NCBI RefSeq assembly: GCF_018977255.1
Contig: NW_024704743.1
Location: forward strand, 102,364,001-102,428,000
DNA: 64,000 nt
Source: Callorhinchus milii
Lineage: Eukaryota
Direction: 5' to 3'
The notes beneath the pieces are model-generated. The model saw nothing but the letters and a program-made list of their open reading frames with translations, searched no databases and was not told the DNA's origin. Shown one piece after another: positions 36,741 to 49,939 of the stretch. The stretch's first letter is position 1. Each line of letters begins with the position of its first letter. The translations under genes were made by a program, and so were the position numbers.

Positions 36741-39700
36741 AAGCATTATCTGACAAGTTTCCACTGCTTGTCCAGCTAGGATTACCATACCCATTACAGT
36801 TTTGGCTTACAAAGCTAAAAGGAGCTAATGGGAAGAATCCCTGCCTCCAAGCTATCTTAAATGTACCAGTAAGGCAATAAGCAAATGCACACACTATACA
36901 GCTCCAAATTGCATCTGACATTCATTATCCATATGAGCTCATGATTACCCTGGTCATTCTGTGCACTATCCTCTGCCTTTGTTGTTAAAAACCTACCAAG
37001 TTTAAATTAAAATGATTTGTTGGAGCAGTGCAGTTTAACACTTCACTTTTTTCTTTTCAGAATTTCATCTGTATACATTTGCAGTATATTCATTTGTATA
37101 CGGCTTCAGTAGTGATAAAATAATTGTTTCTAGTGTGTAGTATGTCTTCAATTGAACAGATGTATTTCACCAGGATAAATTATCTACAGTCTCTACTTAT
37201 CTTTGGTGCCATTAATTTAGGAAAACACAACTAGGTGTTAAGAGAAGGAAACTGAGTCTCTTGTCTTAAATACCATTTACAAATATCAATCAATTTAGTG
37301 CCATCGTAGCTTGTACAGTACATTTCATTCTGACCTGTCTGAAATGATTGACGTATTTAACCTCTATGCAATAAGTTCTCCACCTTGTTAGTACAATACA
37401 GTATAATACAACAATTTCCACTTATAGAGTGCCCTTCATGTTGGGAGACTGTTGACAATTCTAGCTGGGTACAGGGCTGAGGTTCAGAGCTGAAAGGGAA
37501 GAGAAGGGAAAGATGGCCACCTTGAGATTTTTAATACTTGTGATTCAACATACATTATAACTACATTGCCAGATGAACACTTTTGCAACAGATACATTGG
37601 AATTCAAAAGTGATACTACTACAGTATGAATGTATTCTTTAAGTGTCATGTGCATCTCTTGCAGTGTTTGTCATGTCGATCTACAAGACTTTGGCTCAAA
37701 CCAGAAATTGCCTAGGAATAGATTTCTCGTCGGCTGGCGTAATGTTCACATTATTTTCTGGAGGAGATGCTATTAATGTGCCAAAGCTCTTTTTTTGCTG
37801 CAATGCACCATTTACTCTATGGTTTTCCTTGCATCAAACAGTTTTCCTGACTAGATTTTATTTTATACTATATAAAATGTATTGGTCTCTGCCCCTACCT
37901 CTGTCCTCTGGGTTGTTCAGACTCTCATCCATGCCTTCACCACCTCCAGGCTCAATTATTCAATTGCTTCAATCACTCTTCCTGACTCACACTGCGGACC
38001 ATCCAGGACTTAATGGGCCTTGTTGTCTTACAAAACAGGCTTCACAAACCTATCACTCTAAGCTCAACTAGCTCCCCAACCTCTAGGAGATCACCTTCAA
38101 ATCCTTCCCTTGTCTCTTCATTCCTGTCTCCACGACCTCCACGGTGGCTATTGGACTCCACCTCAAAGTGTGTACTCCATTACAGACAAATTAAAATTTC
38201 CAACATGTAAAACTCATAGTAGTTTGGAATGGACACTCTTAAACATGATGATGGATTACCTTATATGCAAAACATTACAATGGGACTGTATAGAGCCTCT
38301 GCTGAGTTCTTCATTTGTGTACCTAATATTGCTCCAAAAGGAATGAAACTTCCACAATATGTTAACATATATATATAGGATTTGCTAAATTCTGCAAGCA
38401 CTTTATGTCTTTTCTGATATCGGTTTATAGTCTGCCTGTCATTTCATTGTTCAGAAATAGGCTGATGATACTCAGAAGCACTCACCCCATAATGTCCTCA
38501 GTTGCTATTTTTGCAACAGCAGCGCCAACAACACTGTCACCAAATGAAACTCTGTGGCAGAAACTGAGAACCATCATCTTTGATGTGTGATTGCCCATAA
38601 CTTACCTGATTTTGATGCTGGTAGGTTATCTGCAAAATTACCAACATCTGAAAATCTGCCCTTTTGCGATATTAAATGTTACATATCTAGATTCAAAGTA
38701 TAGGTAAGATTACAATTCTACTCAGTTACAGTTACTTGAATTGTATCTCCTGCTCCTCTACAGTGTATACAAGAAACATATGGGAAATTATAAACAACAG
38801 ATGTGCTAAAAACTGGCAAGGACATGAAAAAGATGCTCCCATTGTCTACAAGTATGTTTTCAAATGATAAAAGCTAAGATGAAATATTCTTTTTCAAGCA
38901 ATTTTATTTATATCTTACACCCCAATTGGTAACTATGATACAAAATAAAGGGCTGTGACTTTAATATTACCTTTGAGAGAGTTAAGTGAGTTATATCTCA
39001 CTTAAATAAAGTAATGTAGCAAAAAGTTTGTTCCTGCATTTTAATAAGTGTAAGGGCTGTATGTATTCATTTTGGATTTTGCATAGAATTACATATACAG
39101 AATGTTACAGTATGAAAATGGAATCAATCATCTCAACTAGTCTGTGACTAGTCTGAATTAGATCCTTCACACCTCTTAATGCCCTCTCCTTTCTCCATCT
39201 ATTCCCTTTTCCCTCATGTATCGATTAGGTTTACTTTTATGATCACAAACCGCAGGCATGAAGGCTCCTTCCAGAGACTGTAGGTTGAGTCTTTTTGCAT
39301 GAAATGGGAAAGTAAGCTAACCCAAAAGCACTGATACTCTATCAAAGGTATGAAAACACATTGATTCCCATTAACAGTTGGTACATAATTTAAGTGACTG
39401 TCTCACTGAGCACAATTCATACATGTAAAATTAAAATCTGGAGAAACTCCCTTCTCTTTTCATGTTAAGCCCTGGGTCATTAATGAACAGGCCGATGGGA
39501 CTTCGGTTTAACATTTCATCCAAACCCATAAACTTTTGATTCAGAGGCAAGGTGAAACCAATTCAGCCAGGCTGCTACCTCTCTCAGTTTAATTGAAGTC
39601 ATTCAATAGTACTTAAACTTTTCACACCTCAACTGGTGATTGTTTAACTATAACAATACAAGTCGGTCTATCATAAATGTATTCCTTAAACTATAGTTCT

Positions 39701-40113
39701 CTGCAGAGAGAGGTTTGAATAAGACAATCACTTCAGTTCTTTGTTATTTCCAGTTTGAGGCACGAATATATCAGAATGGCGGTCGACTTGCAAGATCAGA
39801 TTAAGTACTCATTGGAAGACTCATGCAGTAAAAAAAGATGGCACAGTAATTAATGATGGCAGTGTGACTGAATATTTTACTCTCCTTCACTATTTTTATA
39901 ATTGTTAATGTATTTTGTGCAACTCAGATTCTAGCTTTGTTCAAAGTTCAAGCCTCATTTCACTTCACTGTTGGTGCTTCACCACTCTTCTTGGTGGCAT
40001 TGCCATTGTATCTGATTATACATAGCTCATCAACTTCCTTCCAATAGTGACTCAGTTCTACAGTGACTATTATTTGGGTGGATTACATTTCCAACAGTAA
40101 CAGGGTACCTGCA

Positions 40114-40418
40114 AGTCCTGTAGCTCAGTGGTTAGAGCACTCGCTTTGCAAGCGAGAGACCTGAGTTCAATTCCAGGCAGGGCGAAACCTTGGGCAAGTT
40201 TCCTTACTCCACACGCCTAATAATAATCCCTCCACAACCAAAAACAATAATAAATTGGTCATTTTCAATCTATGACTGTTTGTGGGACATTGCTGTGCGC
40301 AATTGGCTGCCGCATCGCCCACAAATATACAGTCAATTCACTTTACAGTATATTCTGTGAAGCGCTTTGGGACGTTCTCCCAACGTGAAAAGTGTTATAT
40401 CAAATTCAAGGATTATTA
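40114..40418 (+). mobile_element. Young tRNA/Deu SINE
   Basis: Near-identical to the other young copies. Confidence 0.93.
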
Positions 40419-41094
40419 ACTATTGAGGCACCAGATTCATTTGATAGATTAGTCACCTAATAAACTTTGTAATTCATTTTTAATATGAAACTTAAAAATT
40501 AAAAAGTAGAAATCATACTTTGATTTTTTTATGATGCAAACTCAGCTATTAAGCACTTAAGCTATTTAAGTAGAAATACTGTGATATTAGAGACATTGTA
40601 CAGAAAAACATTTAACTTTTATGTATCAAGCACATATTAGTTCAACTAGCTACTTCATACTGTAGCAGAAATTAATGCAATTAATTGCCTATTATTTTAA
40701 TGATCAGAACTGATGTTTAATTTACAAGTCCAGATTTGATCCATGCAGTGAGCCAAGTTGAAATCTTAATGCATGCATTGAAGAATTAAAGGCTACTCAC
40801 TCTGTGATTAAGCACTAGTATATTTTGAAATCCTCAGAAATTATACATTACTCAGTTTATTTTGTTCCTGGTGCCATTATTGGCTTTCTAGTGCCGTTTG
40901 CCCTGAATTTCCCCTCTAGAAAACACTAAATCCTTGCTAGGTTACAGATTCACCTTCAATTTCTCACTGAATAGATTATTTTTTGATGTGTGATCTTAAA
41001 CAGTAAGTATTAGCAGTCTACTCAGGTAAAGTCCATTTACCTAAACACCCTCACACGAGGGGTAAGCGGTTGGTGTTGATTTTTTTTTGGTCAG

Positions 41095-41365
41095 CTGGCC
41101 ATCTGACAGATGCAGAAACCCATCACCATGCTTAAGAGTATCCAAACCAAGCTGACGTTTCCATGCAACCCACCTACACATGGAGATTCCAGAGATAAAT
41201 TGTTGGAATGGAATGCACACTCTCTCCCTGCTGCATGTTGCATACCATACCTAATTCCGGAAAGTATTAGGCGCAGGTTGCCAAGAGCCAAGACATGGGG
41301 AACCCAGGTTGTGCGTTGGGGTACTGCTGGAGTCTAACCTGTTAAAACCACAAAACTTGCCACTG
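41095..41365. repeat. Unclassified interspersed repeat (family X)
   Basis: Collinear with 36500-36740. Confidence 0.7.
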
Positions 41366-43029
41366 CTGATGACAGCACAGTGAGGACTTGGAAGGGCAGA
41401 TCAGTTCCTTGGGGCATGGACTCTTCCCACTCAACTCCTGTTAACCCAGCAAGCCAAAGCTTTAACGGGCAGGGTGCACCTGTTTGGAAAACCAGTGGGT
41501 AGGTTTGCCAATATTTCTCCTTGCAATATTTTGGCCATCTGCTGCCATTATGCAGTGTAAAATAAACGTATTGGGCAGTTTGACTAGGGTTAATAACACT
41601 ATGTCTGCAAGGTGTACATTGTAATTAATACTTCCAATGTCACTGCATTTCTAGTGGGTACTTTTCATTAATACTGGATGAAAGTTGTGATTCTACTGAC
41701 ATGGCTCAGCTCAGTGACTTTATTAGGTGTATCAATGAAAATTTTGATGTATTTGAGGAACTTCTTGGTTGAGCTCTCAGTGGTTCAATGCTGGTCATTT
41801 CACCATTCAGTGGCCTATCTGTAAGTATTTTTACATCATTCTAGCCTTTATTCCTGATGATCTATTTCCACATCTAGAAAATCTCTAACATTAAAATTCC
41901 TATTTTGGGGGTAGGGAGAAAACAATGATTCATCATTTTTAAAAATAACCTTAATTTTATTTAATTGATAAATTCTTGGAAAAAGTTTTTCCAACGCTTA
42001 CAAAATTAAATGCAATTATTATTATCATTTGTACCTTATCAATGACATTAGCTGCCGAAGATTGGCGGTAAGACCTCTAAAGTACAGTTATTATAATAAT
42101 CCTCCTATTGAAAGAGACATCTCAAAATGCTGCACAGAGTTTCACTATGAATTGTGCATTCTGTTGGCATTGTCCCACAAACACCTGTGAAATGACTAAC
42201 CAATTTTAATCTGAGGACACTCAGATTAAATCATTTTAATCGTTGGCCAGGATACTGGGTGAAACTCCCTTATCTTGTCAAAATAGAGCTATAGGATCTT
42301 CAATCTGAACAAGCAGGTTAACCTTGATTTAACGCCTCATCTGTAGGATGGCACCTCCCCAACGATGCAGCACAACCCCAGCAATACATTGGAGTGTCAG
42401 TATAGACTGTGAGTTCCAAGTCTCCATATGGGGCTTGAACCCGCAAACTTGGGACATTTTCTTGACATGAAAGTCACTATACAAATGTAATTTGGTATTG
42501 TAACCTTCTGACTTAGAGGCAAGAGCACTAATGACTGAGCCAAGCTAAAATAGATGATTACTGTGTGTGCAAATCATCACCTGTCATCAAACACTGTCAA
42601 GGTCCATGCACTTCTGCTGGTGGCCTGCGAGCAGTAGAGGAATGGCTCCTTAAGTCCCACATATTAAACACAACTCATCCAATGCCTGAAATAGTCAGAA
42701 GCAGAATTCTTTTTTTGCCTGGTATAATAAATGTTCGGTAACTTTATGGTCAGATCAGCTTGAGTGAATAAAGCCCACAGATCAATACCACAGAAGCGAC
42801 CAGCACATTCAATACTAACAGGAAATATTTTGCTTGCACAACAGCTCCCTCTCCCCCAAGTACTCGAGCAGACTCTGTGGTTTTTTAACCCTTTTTTGGG
42901 TTGGCTGGTATCAGACCTAAGCAGAAACCCATCACAATGTATATAAGTATCCAAACGAAACACAGTTCCACATATATTGAACACCTACACACTCTCTCCA
43001 TGGCTGTTTGTGGGACATTGTTATGCACA

Positions 43030-43317
43030 AAAGAAGAAAATGTGAAATGACGCGTCAAAACTTCTCTCTGTGTTCTGAGTGAAAGTTATTGGATGCATGA
43101 TCAGGTTATAAAAAAAAAGCTTTATTTATCAAAATACCATATAAAAACAAATCGTGCACGGCATCCAACTTCAGTTGCGACACCAGTATCTTACAAAGTG
43201 AGCGCCTGAGAGCCACAAATTGTTTACAGAACCTGAGAATTGGAAATCCATGGCTACACTGAAAGCCAACTAGTGCTTACACAAAGAATAATCTGAATGG
43301 GGGCAAAATGTCCAGCG
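43030..43317. repeat. Duplicated block, copy 1
   Basis: Collinear with 57636-57933, e.g. CTTCTCTCTGTGTTCTGAGTGAAAGTTAT.GGATGCATGATCAGGT and GCCTGAGAGCCACA.ATTGTTTACAGAACCTGA. Confidence 0.9.
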
Positions 43318-43877
43318 ATAAGAATTCTCTCCCATTGTCCAGGCCAACAACTGCCCAGATAAAATTGACCATTCACTTCATGGCAGTTTATCGGACATAA
43401 CATTTTGTGTGTGGAAAATGAATGAGGATGTCAATGTTTTCCGCCTGAACAAGATGATGATGGTAAGGAGGCTGGCTTCACGAGGTGCTCGCGGATCATG
43501 AGGCGCCTGTGGGTCGTCCAGACTCAAGCTGGGGATCGGGAGCCCTAGGGCTCGAGGTCGAGGTCTCCCGTGGCTGGAGAGCCTGGAGTGGAGACGGAGG
43601 CGACCTACCTAGGATCGGGACCAGAGGCGCCTGGAGCGAGGTTGAGACTCGGCGCCTCGGGCAGGACTCGCAGTTTAAAGTCCAGCGGTCAGAGCATATA
43701 TCTGGGGTGGTTCAGCAGCGAGTGGGACCCGCGCCGAGGCTGACTTGAGGTCCGAAGATTTCCCCGGTAAGGAGTTCGATGCCCCGAGTGATGACAAGGC
43801 CCATTTCGGGACCCGAGGCCACCTGGGTGCAGTGCGGAGGAATTCGCGAGGGATTCACCACCTCTGCTGGTCCACAC

Positions 43878-44457
43878 AGGCTCGACTGTGCAAATACCCT
43901 GCTTGTTGGCCTTCCCAACTCCTCCCTCCACAGGCTGCAGATAATCCAGAACTCTGCAGCCCATGTCCTCTCCCGCACCAAACTCCGTGACCCCATCTCC
44001 CCCACTCTCGCCCGACTCCATTGGCTCCCTATCCTTCAGAGGAATCAGTTCAAAATCCTGGTCCTCACCTACAAAGTCCTCCATGGCCTCGCCTCACCCT
44101 ACCTCTGCGACCTCCTAACCCCCTATCAACCCGCCCGCTCCCTCCGCTCAGCCGGCTCCAGCCTACTCCACGTCACCCAACCCACCTGCCCCACCATTGG
44201 CGGGAGAGCCTTCAGCCACTCTGCCCCCAACCTCTGGAATTCCATACCCCAATCAGTCCGCCTCACCCCCTCCTTAACCTCCTTGAAGTCCCGCCTCAAG
44301 ACCCTTCTCTTCGACTATGCCATTGGTCACCCCTCTTCCCCTCCGCTCCCTTCTCCCTCCCTGACCCCAGCTTGGGTTTGAAATCCTGTACACTGTCGAG
44401 CGCCTTGGGACGTCCTCCCGATGTGAAAGGTGCTATGCAAATGTAATATTGTTGTTT
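43878..44457 (+). mobile_element. 5'-truncated L2 (third subfamily)
   Basis: RLDCANTLLVGLPNSSLHRLQIIQNSAAHVLSRTK...LFDYAIG, followed by the tail stem-loop. Confidence 0.9.
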
Positions 44458-44854
44458 TGTTTTCTGAAGGGATGACTTCAGTTGGGCCAAAGGGCCTTCT
44501 TCATCCAACCAATCTTGTTTTCTTATGGAATGATGTAAATTCCCATGGCTGCTGTGTTGCAGATACCTTTTCTCCAGCCTAACTTCAATCCTGAGATGCA
44601 TTGCTACACTTGCATAAATTACACCTGGCTCCTCGTCTGAAGTACTGATTTTCTGGTGGAAAGGAATCAATCATTAAAGTGAGAAATATGATTGCATTTC
44701 AATGTCAAGTAAGCCTTGTTGCCGCTTATTGATATTGCACGGAAAATAATCCACACTGACATTTCCTTGGATTATTATGGGGTAAAATTTGTGTTATTCC
44801 TTAAAACATGCCTTGTCTTACTTAAGTAATGATTTGAGCAATACCACCTTGTTG

Positions 44855-45579
44855 CTCATATCTGCGCCACAACTGGCACTGCCTTCCATCACCTCTGAAA
44901 CATTGCCAGACTACGGCACTAGCTCACCCCTCACGCTGCTGAAACTCTGGTCCACACCTCTATCACCTCAAGGCTGGACTATGGGAACTCTCTCCTCGCC
45001 GGCCTTCCCGGCACCTCCCTCCACAAGCAGCAGGTCATTCAGAACTCTGCAGCTCATGTACTGTCCCGCACCAGGCTTCGCGACCACATCACTCCCACCC
45101 TCGCTCGCCTCCACTGGCTTCCCATCCCCCAGAGGATCGAATTCAAGATCCTCATCCTCACCTACAAGACCATTCACGGCCTTGCTCCCTCCTGCCTCTC
45201 CGATCTACTATTCCCTTACTTAGCTGCTCGTACCCTCCATTCCTCTGGCTCTGGTTTGCTCCACATACCCCACCCCAACCGTCCTACCATCGGTGGCCGG
45301 ACCTTCAGCCTCTCAGCCCCTAGGCTCTGGAACTCCATCCCCCAGTGCCTTCGCCTTGCTTCCTCCCTTTCCTCCTTCAAGGCCGGTCTCAAGACCTTTC
45401 TCTTTGACCGTGCCTTCAGCTCCCCTCTCAACTCTCTACCCCCTCCTCGCTCCCTCCCTTCCTTCCCCTCATCCTGACCATTTCCCCCCTGCTCAGGTCC
45501 TGACCCAACTGTTCAGGGCCGTGGGACGTCCTCCCGACGTGAAAGGCGCTCTATAAATGAAACCTTGTTGTTGTTGTTG
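44855..45579 (+). mobile_element. 5'-truncated L2 (same subfamily as the 17.3-kb copy)
   Basis: Collinear with about 19972-20790, but with only one copy of the 46-bp unit. Confidence 0.92.
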
Positions 45580-46317
45580 CATCCGCCAAATAACTCGTTT
45601 TCTTCTCTGAATTCTGAGAAAGCAATATTAAATTGAACAAAATAGAGCAAATATCTACAAGAACGTTACTCATACATTTTAAAATTCATACACTTATAGT
45701 ACTTCATTGTTGCAATGCTTGTTTCGGTTGGAACCCGTGGCTATTAAAAACATCCCAATTAGAGGTTCAAACTGGTGTATCTGATTGAGAACTTAAGCAA
45801 CACGTCTTACTCGAGTAATGGACCTGGACAACCAAGATTTTGAGACGGGCCAGGAATTACCTAACCATTTCTTATTGGCCGAATAGACACCTTCTGATGT
45901 GCTGTAAATTTCTATGGTTCTAGCGTTTTATCACCTGGTTTATCTTGAAAGGTGACAGATGCATAATGGATCTCTTCACTCTTTGGTTCCATTGGGTTCT
46001 GAGTTTCATAATTCGCTTCAATAAAGTGAAGTAAAGCATCGCATTCACATCTTGGTGACTACAGAGTTAAGAACGGATAATGATTTATCTAATCTATTTC
46101 ACTGTAAGTCACGGGTTTCATTTCCTGATCTGGAAAACATTTTCCTCTACAACTTCTGCTTAAACTGCTCCATGACTTAAATTGTTCAAACTGCTGTACT
46201 CTTCCAAGATGTTTTGTTTTGGTTTAGGGATAACTTTTCTAAGCAATACTCATAAGGAGCCGAACATCTCTTGATAACATTCACTTCACCGATGACCTTC
46301 ATTTCATTCCAATTAGG

Positions 46318-46460
46318 AATGAGTTGGGCAAACACTTTGGTTGGCCAACAAAATAAATGTTTCTTGATTGAATATTTCTTGAGTCGTGGCATAAATCTAT
46401 GCTATTTTATTATTTCCATGATTATTTTGTTGGCCAACCAAAAAGGTGGTCCACCACTGG
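46318..46460. mobile_element. Probable hAT-type MITE
   Basis: Perfect 21-bp inverted repeat at 46336-46356 and 46422-46442. The right end reads CAGTGGTGG on the minus strand. Confidence 0.5.
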
Positions 46461-46619
46461 TTTAAGTCATCAAGCTGAATAAATGACCTGGATCATGGTC
46501 CGAGTCTGTAGAAGCTTGGATCAAGTTCACAGCTGTTTTATTGAAAGTTCTTGAAACTCTCTTCAAATCATTTATAACACTTTGGATAACCCAACTGAGA
46601 TGTAACTAAAGTCCATTCA

Positions 46620-46780
46620 AATTTTCAAGACTGAGTTGGATAGATTTTTGGTAGGTGAGTGTATCAAGGTATATGGAGAAAAGGCAGGCAATTGGAGTTC
46701 AGATACACATCAGCCATTATCTAATAGAATGGATGAATAGGCTCAAGGGGCTAAATGGCCTACTTTTATTCCTATGTTTC
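46620..46780 (+). mobile_element. CR1-type LINE 3' fragment
   Basis: TTCAAGACTGAGTTGGATAGATTTTTG...CAGCCATTATCTAATAGAATGG...GGCCTACT...CCTATGTT. Confidence 0.7.
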
Positions 46781-48009
46781 TGAAGTCCAAACTGATTTAC
46801 TTGTGACAGTTTGTATTTCAATAACCCTTTGATAAAGCCTCCTCAAACAATATCTTGAAAGGAAAGGATTGTCTTTCTTCTGTCTGACTCAATCTACTTT
46901 TTGCGAAGAATTTCCATTTGATCATGATTTGGGCCGGGACACATTGTTCTCTGGTCTCAGATTAGCCTCAGATTCATGGTGATCTTTAAAAGATGGTAAA
47001 GTGAGGACACCTCCTTCTTTCAAATCCTAAGCAATCCCCCCCTCACCTCCACCTTGTCCCTTTCCCTTTGAAGGGCTTACACATTCGATGCTAAATAACA
47101 GGTGTACTTGAAACATAAAGTATTGGAATCAAGGTTTATTCCAAAGGTATAGGTGATCAGTTCTACACAATTGTAGGAGATGCAGTCGATTCTCTGACTG
47201 TTCTGCACTCAACGATTGCTAAATACCTCCCTCCTATATGCTATAGTTATTACAAAACCCTGAGAATATCCACAAATCAAGCTAATGTTATCAATGTCTA
47301 GACATTTTGCCAAGGACATCTTTTATCTTTCCTTAAGCGTTTGTTTGCCAAGGATGTTAATTTCTCACATTTGATGTTACCTTCTCTACCTTCACATTCT
47401 ATGTAGCACAAATTCCTGTGACAGCCAATGTATCTGTTCGGTCCTCTGGCTTCTCTGTCACCTGTTTCAGTGAAGCCATAACCCCCCACCCACCACCCCC
47501 ATCTCCCCACCCCAATTCCAATCTGACACTGGAAACAGCTCAGTCTGAAACTGAAGAAGAACTTTACAAACCACGTTTTATATTTGTAACTTTAAGAACC
47601 CTCAAAATGGTGAACCTTAAAATCAGCTTTCCAATCCTGGTGAAAAGCCATCACTTCTTAACAATTAAAAATCCCATAAAGAAAAATCCTAATCCCCCTT
47701 GAAATGCGCCTGATCCTTTGTACTCTAATGGGAAACAAAACCAAGTTTCGCTCCCTCAGCCCCTACTCATTTATTCATTGCACACAGTATAAAGCCACTT
47801 AATACTTAGTGTTCTGAGTTCCTGTTGATTGGGAGTTACATATTTCTCAAAGTTGCTTGAATTTGGTGCACTTTTAGACCCTGGGAGGGGAAGAAAATAT
47901 CCCATTATAAAGTTACATTTTCAAATGTTAGAATTGGTCCCTGAGCATTTTCTACAAATTATGTTGCCATTATGTTTACAAATATAGACTATGGTCAGCT
48001 GAAAGTCAT

Positions 48010-48099
48010 CTTCTACATATTGGATATTTGAGTAAAGTAATGATCCATCCCCCGTGCTTTTCCTTTGCCATTGAAGCTCCTGCCTTTTGTTTGCCGACC
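48010..48099 (-). pseudogene. Cytoplasmic exon with ITIM-like motif
   Basis: ctctctttgtcactacag|GSANKRQELQWQRKSTGDGSLLYSNIQYVE. The donor is not canonical, so the end is approximate. Confidence 0.5.
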
Positions 48100-48235
48100 C
48101 TGTAGTGACAAAGAGAGCTTGAGTTAAATGCAGTTTGGTCCTTCTGATTTTCATGAATTCAATTAGACAAAAATGCAATATAAATTTACATTTATACAGT
48201 ACCTTTTATGACAGGAGAACATCACAAGAGGGTTA

Positions 48236-48570
48236 ACAACAACAACAAAAACAACAACAGCATTACATTTATATAGCGCTTTTCACATGTGGAGGACATC
48301 CCAAGGTGCTGGACAGTCAGTGTTTCAGACCCAAGCTAAGGGTTGGGATTGGGGAGGGTGGAGGGCAGGGGGGAAGGAGGATGATCGAAGGCATGGTTGG
48401 ACAACCACTTTGGATCTTGAGATGGGTCTTGAAGGAGATGAGGGAGGGGACAAAGGTGCAGGGACTGCGGGATGGAGTTCCAGAGAGTGGGGGCAGAGTG
48501 GCTGAAGGCCCACTAATCAATGGTGGGGCGGACAAGACGAGGAATGTGAAGTAGCCTAAAGCCCGATCCT
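48236..48570 (-). mobile_element. Older L2 3' fragment
   Basis: (CAA)n tail, stem-loop and ORF-end homology (SFKTHLK). Confidence 0.8.
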
Positions 48571-49085
48571 GCCCTGGCAACAGGAAGAATGGAAAACACA
48601 AAACTTGTTTACACCAGGCTGTAATTTGAAAACTAGATTCCAAGGGTTTGTTGGGACTTCTAGTTTGCAAATATTGCAGATTATTTCATTATGTTAAATG
48701 TAAAAGCTGATACAGTCTAGAAAAAGAAACAATAGGCAAACTTAGATTTATTTGGGGTCAATGATTTTTTTTGTTAGCTTTGTCATATTTTAGGATTTCC
48801 AAAAGCCATTTTTGGGGGCAAGGATTCTTCTCACTCGCCCCCATTAATCCTGCAAACCAAAGCCCTCACAAGTAGGTGGTACAGCTGTAAAGGCAATGGG
48901 AAGCTTTCCAGACAGTGCTCTTAAAGGCAACTATGCATGTTTAGCTGGTGAAACTTTCCCAATGTACACTCTGGAGACCCCAGGCCTGGCTCTTGCCAAC
49001 CTGCACCTAATACTTACACATGTGATAATTACCAGACAAAGGTTAACACATCACATCCTACATTTTCATCTCTAGAAACACTCAC

Positions 49086-49330
49086 CATTGGCCTCCATAT
49101 CATTACAACCTGGGATTATTTTGATAAGAACACACGTCCAGGTACCCCAATAGCTCTCTGAACACTCATGCTTAATGATTTCTACTCCTGTTTCTCTGCC
49201 TTCAGTGTTCTTTCTGTAATAACCATTTTGCAGCCGTTTCCCATCCAGACCAGTCTCAGTATTTCAGTGAAATTAGAGACCGAGCAGGTCAGGTTAATAT
49301 TGGCTCTGTCAGTCCCTGTATAAGCTGTGA
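49086..49330 (-). pseudogene. Ig domain 4 exon (C2-like, WxC motif)
   Basis: ttctttccatag|TAYTGTDRANINLTCSVSNFTEILRLVWMG...KQE*KSLSMSVQRA[frameshift]WGTWTCVL...MEAN G|gtgagt. Confidence 0.8.
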
Positions 49331-49407
49331 CTATGGAAAGAAGAAAATGAATCAAATCCTAAATCAGGCTTTACCACTGAAACCACTCTCAGGCATCTGA
49401 CTCATAC

Positions 49408-49743
49408 TTTTTACTGTTATTAGCTCCTCAGTCAAAAGTGAGATGTTTGCACAGAGGATGTGTAGAGTCATGTGTTTTGAAACATCACATGGACAGTGGA
49501 CAAGATAAAGCTATAACCCTTGAAGGGTATGGTAGCTGGTCTCAATCTCTCCCCAAAGTGTTTCCTGTTGATAGTTATATTCATATCTGTAAGAGCAGAA
49601 GCTACTTGTGTTTTTGAATAATATAAGCATGATGTGTTTCCAACTCCAAGTAAATTTAAAACCAGGATAATTACATTTGCAAATTTGGTTGAGCTCACTG
49701 TGATTTGTCTTTGACTGATAAACTGTATACTTCATATATTCAT
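49408..49743 (-). pseudogene. Ig domain 3 exon (V-like)
   Basis: ttttttacag|EYMKYTVYQSKTNHSELNQICKCNYPGFKFTWSW...[frameshift]INRKHFGERL...SFILSTVHVMFQNT*LYTS (decayed DxGxYxC)...ELITVK A|gtatga. Confidence 0.75.
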
Positions 49744-49939
49744 CTGTAAAAAAAAATGAACAGGGTGTTAGATTTTTAACTGTGTCTAACCGTTTTACAT
49801 CAGGGTACAATAATAGTAATAATAATCCTTGCATTTGATGTAGCGCTTTTCATGTCTTCTAGACGTCTCAAAGCGCTCCACAGAATATACTATATATCTA
49901 ATATATCTAATATCTAGTCACCCAGAGGTTTAAACTTAC

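Noticed and set aside
38606..38647. 42-nt phase-1 minus-strand exon candidate
   Set aside because: Isolated, and the acceptor overlaps a MITE-like terminus (GGGCAGATTTTC).
40114..40190. tRNA-Ala(TGC) gene
   Set aside because: It has A/B boxes and an anticodon stem but continues into the Deu core and L2 tail in every copy, so it is a SINE head.
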